Virus record (IMG/VR): IMGVR_UViG_3300024259_000084
Reading direction: 5' to 3' (one strand)
Origin: a virus
DNA: 38,717 nt
Shown here: in pieces, positions 1-12,700 of the stretch
How positions within the stretch are numbered: position 1 is the stretch's first letter
Layout: each line of letters opens with the position of its first letter
Translations under genes and position numbers: made by a program
Notes under the pieces: generated by a model
Databases searched by the model: none
Told to the model about the DNA's origin: nothing
The model's input: the letters and a program-made list of their open reading frames with translations, nothing else

Positions 1-51
1 TATCCCTGCTTCAGTTACAATACCTTCACTTATTAAATTTTCAAGTGCCAT
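1..51 (-). CDS. 5' end of a gene running off the left edge (MALENLISEGIVTEAGI...), function unknown
   Basis: ATG at 51-49, AAGGAGA SD at 63-57, ATATTTAT motif at 91-84, frame open to position 1. Confidence 0.6.
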   Translation of the reverse strand, partial: MALENLISEGIVTEAGI

Positions 52-83
52 TTTTTTCTCCTTTAATTGGTTACGACTCATTA

Positions 84-91
84 ATAAATAT
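84..91 (-). promoter_or_regulatory. ATATTTAT putative late-promoter motif
   Basis: In the intergenic gap about 33 nt upstream of the ATG at 51; the same octamer recurs upstream of five other starts. Confidence 0.45.
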
Positions 92-122
92 CATACGTTT
101 ATATAACCTATATCCTTTTTAT

Positions 123-773
123 TTATCCACAATGATAGGTGCATCCAACAAAAGCTCTTTTATAATTAGAACCAGACCATTCAAATTCTACAGCATCATA
201 ACTTGCAGATGCATTCATATCAAAAGTGCAATCTTGTGTTATTTTTGCTACTGTATAATTGTGTAATAAATCATCGTCTTGTTTCATACCCAAACCTTGT
301 ATTGGTGATGAAGTAATATAATCTCCATTTTCTAAACTACCACTATAATTTGATACCCATATTGCACCTTCACCAAGTGAATTTATAATTAGTTTTTGGT
401 CATTACTATCTTCAGCCTCCATAGTACTGGTAAAAGAACCTTGATTATATTCCCTTACATATACAGAAGATGTTGTTTGAGTTAGTATTCGTTCACCTGA
501 TTCATTATATGTGAAAGATTCACTAACATTAGTATTTTGATAATTACTTTCAAGTTCTGATATGACACCAAATACTGTTTTATCATATGCAGTATTAGAT
601 AATTTTACTTTTGGTAGTGATTCGTTAATATTTGGTTTAACATCTTGTTTTACGTTATCATTATTATCCCACAAGTTATCATAAGTACCATCGGCGCAAA
701 CTATATATCCAATTGAACCTGTGTGCTCATTTACAGTTCCAGTTGATATAGAATTTCTGTGTTGTCCGGTAAA
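123..773 (-). other. C-terminal domain resembling autoproteolytic intramolecular chaperones of tail fibres (peptidase G2/S74-type role)
   Basis: Residues 4092-4307, from FTGQH to CTYHCG-stop, preceded by HIGIRATDPLSLLHI (GNVGIGTTxP-like fibre motif); family assignment from recall. Confidence 0.55.
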
Positions 774-3700
774 AGTAATTTGACCTACATTAGAATCATT
801 TTTAAGATACCCACCATAAGATCCACCATTATAATGGAAGTGGAGATATTCACTGCTGTTTACTCTCTGACTCCAATAAGTACCAGGAGAAACATTGTAA
901 AGTCGTATACCACCATCATCGTTATCAGTACTTTGTTGAATATGTAGAAGAGAAAGAGGATCTGTTGCTCTGATGCCGATATGTCCATCTGGTTCTAATA
1001 TAATATCATCATCTGCACCTATAATTAAATCTTCTGAGCTATCAGAATTAGAATAAATGTATGTATCAGTAGAACCAAAGAACATTTTTATGTCGTCTTG
1101 TAAAGTTATACCAGTATTGGCATTTAATCTGATTTTTTCAGTAGAGTTATTGTAAAGTTTTATAGCACCACAATCTACAGTTAGAGACAAAATTTCGACA
1201 GTCAATGCATCAGCATCTTGTGCACTAAAGTATGACCTTACCCCAAACAAACTCCCAGCAGCTGCTGCTCCAGTATTATTTCTAACAGTGACATCACCTA
1301 CTGATGACAGAGATCCAATTCTAAGAGCACTTGTTACAGCATCAGTATCCCCTAATTGAAGAACGTCGTTATCTTCTAACTTTAATGTATTAGCAGCTGA
1401 CCTATACATTGATATATCACCACCAAAATTTATACCATAAGCAGCAGTAGTTTGTGCAGTATTTCCAGCATCAGGATAATTACCCTCAGTAGTAGTTCCA
1501 CCACTATAACCAAGATTCAAACCATTTGCAGCGCCAGTTACACCACTATAAGGCCTTCCACCACCTACCCACAATGAACTATCCATAGCTACAGGAGCAC
1601 CTTTAAATAAACCTGCTAAATATCTAGCTCCAGTAATTCCCGCATCTGTTCCAGCAGCTACACCATACACTCCGACATGATCTATTTTACCAATATTTGA
1701 ACCAAATGATCTCCCCGAAATACCCGCAGCCATATGTCTATAATTCGCCGAGTTGGGAGCAGTAGCAGCATCAGCTGGTAAATTAGTTCCATCAAAGTCA
1801 GCATCACCGCTAATAGTAATAAATTTTTCGCCGGATCCAGACCAATTATCTTCTTGCAATCCATCGCCTACCGCATTATGTACTAATATAGAATTAGCAA
1901 AGAAATTGTGTATTGTTTCACCGGAAATTGTATATGTAACTGTTTCGTTCTCTTCTATTTCATTAATCTCCAATAACTCTAACTCAACTATTTCATTATC
2001 TTTATATTGTAGTGTTATATCCCCAACTTCTAATTGAGCACATTCATCTAAACCATAATCAAATTTATTTATTGAATCTTCAGGTGAAACTGAGCTCCAT
2101 CCTTTATCTTTTATAAAAACAGGATGTGAAGGTGTAAGTGTTATATCAACTTCATCAAATTCTAATTTAACTAATTCATCATGAACAGGACTTGAAACTT
2201 TTTTTATCTTCATTTCAGCTATCGATCCAGACTCAAATGATAAAACTATATCACCTTTATTTACATCTTCAATATTTTTCAAAGTTCCGTCTGCCATAGT
2301 AACTTTAGTACCAGCTATAAGACAGCCTGAAGTATAGTTCCATCTGCGAGTAAAATCTATTTCTCCATGAGCGGCTGTGATTTTTCCAATTATTTGAGTT
2401 CCAGCTCCTATTCTATTATCTACAACCCCAGCTATTGTTATAGCATTGGATTCACTTCCTGCTCCGTCATCACCTTTAAGAATTATTGAATTGGCTGTAG
2501 TTCCATCCGAGGTAAGTGTAGAAGTACCTAATGTCCAACCACCAATTGCACCATCTGAAGCTTTTATACCACCCTGCGCAGTAGTATACCAATAATTGTT
2601 AGCATCTATCCAAAGTCCATCATTTGTGCTACTTACATTTGGACCAAATCTCATATTTCCAGAACCAGCTTCTACATAACCCGTGAAAACTCCACCAGCT
2701 GCATTAATAGTTCCAGCAACTGTTGCCGAAGTTGCATTTAATACACCTTCATGTGTAACATTAAATTCATCTGCATCTCCTATCGATATACCATCAGTTC
2801 CAATCCACACACCATCAACATTAGAACCAAATGAAGATTTTCCATTAAGATATATTGATGGACCGGCTGGGTTCAATACAATATTTGTTGCTGATAATGT
2901 AGAACCTACAGTCCATCCACCAATTTCACCCGCTGTAGCAGTAATTGTACCTGACATATTAACATCACCACTAGCACTTAAATGGAAATTAGAAGAACTA
3001 ATTTCTATGTTACCATTTGAGCCACTTAGAAACTGACCACCTCCACCTAAATAAAAGTTTGATGAACTAATTTCAATTGAATCATTCTCAAACTTTAAAT
3101 GTGCACCACCCTTTTTACCTACATAAAATTTACTAACATCTGTAGAAGTTGGATCAGCTTGTAATTGAATGCCAGTTTCTCCAAAACTCGCGCTACCAAT
3201 AGCTATTAATCCTTGAGATGAATCTAATAACATAGCATCATTAAAACTCGCAGATGCGTATATCTTAAAAGAACTATCAAAGCTTGTTGCAGTTCCACCC
3301 GGCACCATATCTTTTGTTACAAACCTTACTGATATTTGGTCATCTGATTTAAATTTTGTGGCGGTGGATAGTACATCAGTTAAAACAATTGATGCTGTTG
3401 CTGCTCCTGGTGAATATGTTCCTTGGTCAGCAAAATAATATTTGTCTACCTCAACACCATTTCTCAAATATTGCACCCCAAGAGCATGGTCATTGCCCGA
3501 AGTAACTTTATATCTAACTTCAAATCCTGTTAATTTACCGCTTCTATTTGCAATACTATCAGATGCATTTTCTAATTCCCAATAAGTAAAATAGTCATTA
3601 TCTGGAACAGTAATACTAGCAGTTACATTTCCAACTTTAAAATTATTATCTCTATCAACAAGCCTCGTACCAATACGAAAATCACCTAATGAACCACTTA

Positions 3701-6700
3701 CAAAAGTTGTCGAATTGCCTAATAAAAAGGTATCCGCCTTCATTAGTAATTTAGGTGATGAGCCTTGGTCAAACTTTATAAAATTATCCCCATCAGCTCT
3801 AACTAAGAAATCACCAGTTCCATCCATATAGACACCAGCATTTGTTCCAGCAACACTTGTATTTGGTGTTGCTCCAAGTGCTATTGTACCACTACTTAAC
3901 GATGAACTAATAATCATCGTAGAAGTTTTTAACCCAAATATCTCAGATTTTATATCAAATGCATTTCCGTCTTGTCTAATATAATTGTCTTGGTCTACTT
4001 GGAAATTAAATTCACCACTACCACTTAACATTATTCCATTATCATTCAAATCTTTTGGAATAGTAGAACCCATTGCAATTGAACTACCATAAGATGATGA
4101 AACTCTCAAATTAGTAGTACTTAAATCAAATGTATCTGCTGCTACATCAATGGCTCCACCTGAACCACTTATGTAATTGGTTGCGTCTCCTAAATAAAAA
4201 TCTGACGAACTTACTCTTAAAGTTGAAGCATCCCAAAATATACCATAACCAGTTGCAGTTCCTGCTTTAAATTTACCATCACCATCGGCGTATACTCCTG
4301 TACCCGCGGTCATACTCAATGAATCTGCTGTTGCTCCCAACGCTATCTTAGAAGTTCCATCAAGATTACCCAATACAATAGTAGTAGCAGAGTGTCCTAT
4401 GGAAGAATTTCCACCCCAAATATCATTTGAACCTATATAAAAATTACTAATTCTTGAATCGGAACTACCATTTAAAGTTACTTTACTACCTATTGTAATT
4501 GAACCTGCGTTACTATCTCCATCCCCCTCAATGGCTATACCACTACCAACTAAAATATGTTTAGACGCTCCACTAATAACAATACCTTCTGCTAATGCTG
4601 AAGCTACCGCTGTATCAGTTATTCTTAAATATGTGGTATTTAAATCAAATGTATCTGCCGCCACTTTAATAGCTCCACCACTACCACTAATATAATTGGT
4701 TGCATCTCCTAAATAGAAATCTGGTGTTTTTAATGATATAGAACTTCCACTTAATGTTGTATTTCCTGTACTATAAATTGCGAGATTTCCACCACTACCA
4801 CTTATGTAATTTGAAGTATCTCCGAGATAAAAATCTGGTGATTTAAGTGTTATATCACTACCACTAAGATAAAAAGTCGTAGTTCGCATATCAATCGTAC
4901 TACCATCGATTCTAAGGTAATTGGAAGAATCACCATAAACATTTAATGCTCCACCACCATCCATATAAATACCTTGAGTAGCAGCAGTTGCAGTTAATGG
5001 TCCTCCATTAGTTCCCAATCTAATAGTTCCACTATTAACGGAACTACTAACAACCATCGTTGCTGTTCCTAAACCAAAAGTATCTGCCTGTATTTCAAAA
5101 TTACCATCTCCACCTATTATATAATTGTTAACATCTTCCTTAAAACTAAATTTACCATCTTTATCCAAATATATTCCAATATCACCATGTGTCATACTTA
5201 CAGTTGCATTAGTTCCTAATCTAATTTTTTCGGTATCTATTGCTAATGTAGTTGAACCTGAAAGTTCAAAGTTTTGTGATTTTATTTGAAAAGTTCCATC
5301 ATTCTTTATTAGATTATTAGCATCTTTTTGAAAATTAAAATATCCACTACCACTTAATATAATTCCATTTGAACTAAAATCAGTTGGTGGTGATGAACCC
5401 ATAGACAATCTTGTTGCACTTCCTGATGCAACTATATCCATAGTGGTTGTGTCTATGTTTAAATTGGTGGTTTTTATTTTTAATTCTTCACTACTTTGAT
5501 TGAATGATAAGAATGAAGTCCCACTTGTTCCAGTACCAACTCTAAAATCTCCATCACCATCTACAAAAAATCCAGTATTTGTATCGAAATCCGTTGCGGC
5601 TCCAAGTAAAATTTTATTGTTTGCTCCATTAGTATCTACACCAGTTATAGTTAAACCACCACCAGTACTTAAATTAAATTTAGTAGTTCTTAAATCAAAC
5701 TCACTTCCATTAAATGTAAAATATTTATCAGAATCCTTGTAGATTTCGAGTTTTGCGGTTCCAGAATCTTCACCTATTACTATTCCAACGCCACTTCCAA
5801 ATGTTCTACCGATTGACAAATAATTTGTAGTTGAACCAGCAGATTTTAGTATCATGTTTGGACTTGTCTTTGGTCCGAATGATAGATAGGAATCTGCTCC
5901 ACCGACCATTGTAACACCATACGTAGTATTTGTATCGTATCCAAGACTCATTGAGCTATGAGTAGATGATATTGATAAATCTGTAGCATCTAACTCAAAT
6001 TGATCAGTAGTCATATCAATATTAGATGCTGTAATATCCAAATGGGCCGATGCTATAGATAAATCTGTTCCATCAAATTTAATATATTCTGAACTATCCC
6101 CAACATGGAATTCGGTAGTTCCTGCTTTATTATGTAACCAAAAACCTGCAGTAGTATCACTAACATTCCGTTTAGCACTTCTGATTGTTCCACCATAATT
6201 ACTACCAGTCATCTCAATACCTTGACCACCAGTACTTCCAAGTTTAAAGTATGCTTGATTGGATGCGGAATATGCTAATTCTATTGCTCCATTTGCAATA
6301 CTCATAGATTTTTGTGTGGATGATAATTGTAAATCTCCATTATTTGCATCTAATTCAAATGCCCGTGTTTGAACATCTACGGCACTTCCACTATATCTAA
6401 TATAATCTGTTGCATCACCAACAACAAATTCTTGATCACCATCAGTATTTGCTAACCAAAATCCTGCAGTATTTGAAGTTACAGATGTTTTACCACTTCT
6501 AATTGCACCAACCGTGGATGAGCCGGTAATGTATATTGCCTTGGTTGAAGTTGATCCAATTCTTCCCCATGAATTAGTTGCATCATATGATTGGAAAATT
6601 ATGTCACCATCCCCAAATGACATTGACTTTTCAGTTGAAGATATTTTTAAATCACCACCACCCGCATTTAATTCAAATTGTTCAAGATTTATTCTTAAAT

Positions 6701-9700
6701 CATTTCCAAGACTTCCACCACTACCAGTTAAAAATAAATAATTATTTGTATCACCGACTTTCCATTCTGCGTTGGTGAACCAATAGTTATTATTATTCAG
6801 ATAAAACCCATCTTTAGTCCCACTTACATCTCGCCCCATTGCCATTTTATTATTAGCATCAGTTTCTATCCAAACAATTCCTGTAAATGAACCTGTTTGA
6901 GCTGTTATGGCTCCTTGTAAAAATACATTTTCTGTAAATAATCCAAATCCAGGAGAAGTATTTCCATATAATAATCCACTGCTTAATCCACTTAAATCAC
7001 CCAGTCTTGCTTTTAATTCTACATCATAAATAGCACTACCAGTTCGTTCTACAATATCAATATAAGGTGTTGTAGAATCATTTGGATTTGCATTGATCCT
7101 AACGAATCCACTGCCTGATCTGCCCGTTGATACGAGTACCTGACCACTTTCATAAGTCTGTGAGGCCTGTGCTGCGTCTCCAAGAGATGCAGTTGATTGT
7201 GTTCCAGGTAACGAACCACTATATCCACGAACAAGGTATAACTTACCACTTAAATCTTTTTCACTTGACGGATTATCTCTTGATGCACTATTAACAAACA
7301 TATACTCCGTTTTAAATCCTGTATCAGAGATTTTCTTTGCTGACAATATCTCACCAGATGTGAATCCACCAACATTTGCAACACTCATCGTTGTGTCTGT
7401 TGCAGATAATTGTACAGAACTTGTGTAAATAGTTGAATTTGCTACATATAATTGTCCACCAACCGCGTTTACACTTTCCTTTTCAAATACGGTTGTGGAT
7501 AAAGTACCACGAATTGTGACCTTTTCAAATTCAGCCTCTCCATTATTCGCAGAAGTTATTCTCCAACCTTTAACTCCACTTGCAAAATCTGAAGTTTGTA
7601 TAATTCCAGCTGAATCTAAAATCAAATTTTGACTTGTTATTTGATCCGTACTAATAGTCCACCCAGCAATTTTATTACGAACATCACTAAAATGTACTAA
7701 TTCATTCGACTCCGCTTCTGATCCGCTATCTGGTCCATCATAAATAACAAGACCATAATGAGATGCAGTAGTTGGATCAACTTCACCAATTCTTACTCGT
7801 ATACCAGCAGGTGAATCTGCATCATATATCTCAATTCTACTCTTAGCCGAATCAATATCTAATCTATCAGTATCTAACTTAAATGACGGAGTTGCAATAT
7901 CAATACCTGATGATTTCATTCTTAAATATTGAGTACTACTAATCGTATAATCAAATCTTGGATCATTACCATCCACACCCATTACCAACCCAGCTATTGA
8001 ATCTTGGTCAAATGTAGTTTTACTACCGAACTTCAACATCTTATCCGTTCCATCTGCGTGTAAAACGATTGCCCCACCACTTGAATCTGGATCACCAATA
8101 CTCATACTTGCGTGAGTAGATGAAATTTGAATATTAGAAGCACTTACTTCCATTTTTGTAGTTCTTAAATCAAGACCATCAGTAGAATCCCACCTCAGAT
8201 AATCATCTCCACTTTTTGCCATTTCAATCTTAGGAATATCATCATCCATTCCAACAATGATACCAATCGTAGATTTATCATAATCAGTAAAGGAAGTTTT
8301 ATTTCCCATAGTCATAAAGTTATCAGAAGCCCCACCTTGTATAGTAACTTTATTTGCTGATCCAACTTCTATTTTTGAATTTGCACCATCTAATAATATA
8401 TTGGCTGCTGCTCCTGGTACACCACCTAAACTCATAGATGCTTGTGTAGATGAAAGTTGTATATTAGAAGCTGCTAATGCTAATGTTCCTGTTTTTATAT
8501 CAAGGTCGGTTCCTGTAAATTTAAAATGTCCAGCACTTCCTACATAAGAAACTCTTGGTCTTGAAACCGAACTTACATATCCAAGAAATACTCCAGTCTC
8601 ACCATAGGCATCTGTTGCTTGTCCAATACTAACAAATGGATTTGCATTTCCACCTTTTAATAATAACTCTTTACCAGTTCCCAACGACATTGAAGCTTCA
8701 TTTGAAGATAATTCAAATCCTGTGGCTGATATATTGATATCCGTAACATTAATATCAACATCAGAACCAGTAATTGAAAAGTTTCCATTTTCAAATACTA
8801 TACCACCATCGGAATCACCAAAACGGAAATTACCATCTCCGTCCATAAAAATACCACTACCCGTTGCTAAACTAATAAAGTCAGCATCTGGTCCCATTGC
8901 AAACGTCGGTGTCTCTTTACCCTCTATAATAATCTTACCCTGTGGACTGTCAGAAGTATGTCCAAAACTCATAGAAGATTCGTTTGTTGATATTTGAATG
9001 GTTGATGCGGATACTTCAAGTTTACGAGAAGCTAAATCAATTTCTCCACCATCGAATTTTATAAAATCTGTTGCATTACCAACATGAAATTCTGGGTCAG
9101 TATTATTATTTGCTAACCAAAACCCCGCGGTTGTTGATGTTGCAGATGTTTTACCTGTTGCTATATATCCATAATCCGCATGACCTTGAAGTGTAATTTG
9201 TTTTGTCGATGTCGAACCTACTGTAATTTTACTATTCGCCCCGTCAAGTAAAATCTTACCCTCACCCAAAGACATACTTTGTTGGGTAGAACTTATTTCA
9301 ATATTTGTTGCATCTAATTCTAATGAACCAACTTGAACATCAAAATTAGTTCCATCATATTGTAAATGGTCACCACTTGCACTTCCAATTAAAAATTTTG
9401 CATCTCCATCAAAATAAATACCATTTCCACTATTATGGGCAGTAGGTGGTGTAGAACCAAGTGCTATTTTACCACTATTTGTTGCACTATCTATAACAAC
9501 TGTTCCAGCATCTAAATCAAAAACTTGTGATTTTATATCTATACCACTACCGGATGAAATCTTCAGATAATCATTTCCACTTACATTACCTTTTATCAAT
9601 ACATTACCACTACTATCAGCGAAGAAACCACTATTGGTTGTGGCTACGGTTGTTGCATCACTCAACCCACCAACTTCTATTGAACCAGCTGAATTTAATG

Positions 9701-12700
9701 TTACTACTCCACCAGTTAATGTGGTATCAGTTAATGTCCAACCACCCACTTTTCCACCAGTAAATAATACTTGTGATCCCGTTACATCTCCATCCGCTGT
9801 TACTTTAAATCGACTTGAAGAAATAAATAAATTAGTATCATCTGTACCATCATTTCCTGTTGCAGAACCACTTAAAAAGAAATTACTGGAATAAATTGCA
9901 TCACTACTAATTCCAAATCCGCCAATGTTACCTGCCGTAGCGGTAATAGTTCCTTGCATTGTAGTATTACCTGCATTATCAAGATAAAATCCTGAAGAAC
10001 TTATTTCTAATAGTCCATTAGAACCACTTACATATTGACCAGCCCCACCTAAGAAAAAATTTGATGAACTTAATATTAAATTAGTACCATTAAATTCTAC
10101 TCTTTGTCCATCTGCATCACCTGCTCTAAAGTAACCACTATTACCTATCCAAACACCATCTCCAGTATTAAGGTCAGTGGCATCCCCCATTTCTATTGCG
10201 TCTCCAGCTCGTAATGCCATATTTGTTGCAGTTAAATCATCACCACTTATAGTCCAACCAGCGATTTTTCCACCGTCAAATAATACTTGTGATCCTGTTA
10301 CAACACCACCCGCGGACACTTTAAATCTACTTGATGAAATAAACGATGCTGGATCTGATGTATCTGCGGAAGCAGATATCCTCCAATATGGTGAATAGGC
10401 TAATGACGCACTTTCTATTGATGCTCCACCGATTAAACCTGCAGATGCTGTAATTGTTCCTTCAAATACCGCTCCACTCGCAACCAATACTCCATCACTA
10501 TCAACTGCAAAATTAGGTCCAAACTTAACAAAATAATTAGTAGTATTACCTTGATCAGCTGGTGTAAAATCAATATAATATTCATCTCTTTGAATATCAA
10601 ATGTAGCCGAACTATCAGTATCTGGTCCCTTGTCGGACATATATAATGCCGCTCCAGTTGCATCTAATGTAGCGTTACTACCACTTAATTTACCATCTTT
10701 AATAATCCAATCACCAATATTACCTGCCGTGGCTGTAATAGTTCCTGTCATAGTAACATCACCACTTGCAGATAAATGAAAATTAGATGAACTAATTTCT
10801 ATATTTCCACCACTACCACTAATGTATTGAGTGTTTTGATTTCCTACGTAGAATGCATCGGCTCTAATATCTAATTCACTTGGACTACTTCTATATCTTA
10901 AATAACTTTCACTTGTAGCTACGAGTTCTAACCCAACACCCGTATAAGAATCACCACTATCTGGTAATACTGAACCGGACCACATTAAGAATCCACCTTG
11001 ACCAGTTCCTTCTGATGCACTTGTGAATCCTTCATATCCTATTGAACGAATAAAGCCAGAACTTACACCTGCCATTTCAATACCACTACCGATGGCATTA
11101 CCAATATACATAGAACCACTTAATATATTATCAGTTCCACCAATGGACGTATTCTCTCCTTGAAATGTAAAAAAATCACTAAAAATTACCGTGTCGGCTA
11201 TATTATTATTTACATCATAAAACTCCACTAAAAATCTTACACTATCTGGTCGGGTGTACAATGGTGGTATCGGTGCAACTACTTTTACATAATCAGGATT
11301 AAAAGCAGTATCTGACGCTGCTTTTACAGAAATATCTGAAATATACCATTCACCTGACGGAACTTTAAATTGTAATTTTCCTGTTCCTGTATTGTCTGCT
11401 GTGAAATTTCCTTCTATGGTTCCAAAGTCGTAATTATCAACTCCGCTTGGGAATTCTGGAACTTCTAATTTTTGAACTCCCCAATGTGATGCTTCTGTAG
11501 TATCTTTATTAAATGCATCACCTACCACGTATACTTGAAAATCACCCCGTTTAGTTACATTCCCACTAACATCCTTTTTATTCGTCTTTGTACCGTAAAG
11601 TTTTGCACGGAAAGTGTATAGTCCGTTAGCAACAAAATTTAAATCATTTTTTACTTGAACACGTAGTTCACTTTCATATTCTCTATTTGATCCAGAGATT
11701 TTCATAGAATCTATTACAATAGAAGAATCAAAAGTTAATGTTCCACTTCCCCCATCTCCATTATTTCCTTCATACGATTCCCAGTATTTTGTTATTCTCG
11801 CCTGGTCAATCCAATACCCCATGTTAGATAATGAAGTATCTTCGTTAGAATCAAATAATATTTCTGAACTTTCTATTGGAGAATCAAATATCTTTTCAAA
11901 GTCCCCAAGTGAACCTTCAGCCTTTGAATAAATCTTTACTTTATGTACATCTCCTGAAAATGTTTTTAAATCGGAAATTTCCATATCAGCGAATGAAACA
12001 TAATTTATAGATGATGTAGTCTGAGTTGAAATATCTTTGTAACTTGTATTTATAGTTTGAGATGCCAAAGGGGCTGGTACAAGAGTTACAGGAGAAGTTC
12101 TCGTATCGTGAACATAAAATAGATCAGAAGTTACAAATGAAGTTTCATTCAATACTTTCATTACTGATGAACTGAAATAAGTAGGGATGGAGTGATATGA
12201 TTCTAATGTGAATTTTGAAGCATCTACTTGTGGTGAAGTTATAGTAACTTCTTGACCTACATATAAACTTGTTACTAATGTGGAAGAATCAGTTGTAATT
12301 ATATAATCATTTGGAGATGGAGAATTCGTTTTTAATAATTTTCCTTGTGAACCAATATGACCACCTTTACCAGTTAATTTAATAAGTGGTTTATTTTCTT
12401 CTATTGTAGCCTTATTTGCTTTTTGTTTAAAATCAAGTTCTGGATAATCACCAGCTACAGAATTTGGAGTTGGTGTAATACTTTGTAAACCGTCTCTCGG
12501 TTGACCACTTACAAGTAAAGAAGAAGTTATTGGAGTTACACTTGGAACATTTAAATATCCCTTAAAAATTTCTGAAACTGTTATAGTTGGTTGTTTATAG
12601 AAAAATATAGGTTCGGTATTTACACCAGCAGCATTTATTGTAATCTGTTTAGTCCACCTTACATTATAAATCCCTTGCCATTCTGTTGGTATATTTACAT

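Noticed and set aside
1875-2324. Canonical mobile protein-splicing intein
   Set aside because: No homing endonuclease, and the +1 residue is Ala rather than Cys/Ser/Thr; kept as a Hint/BIL domain
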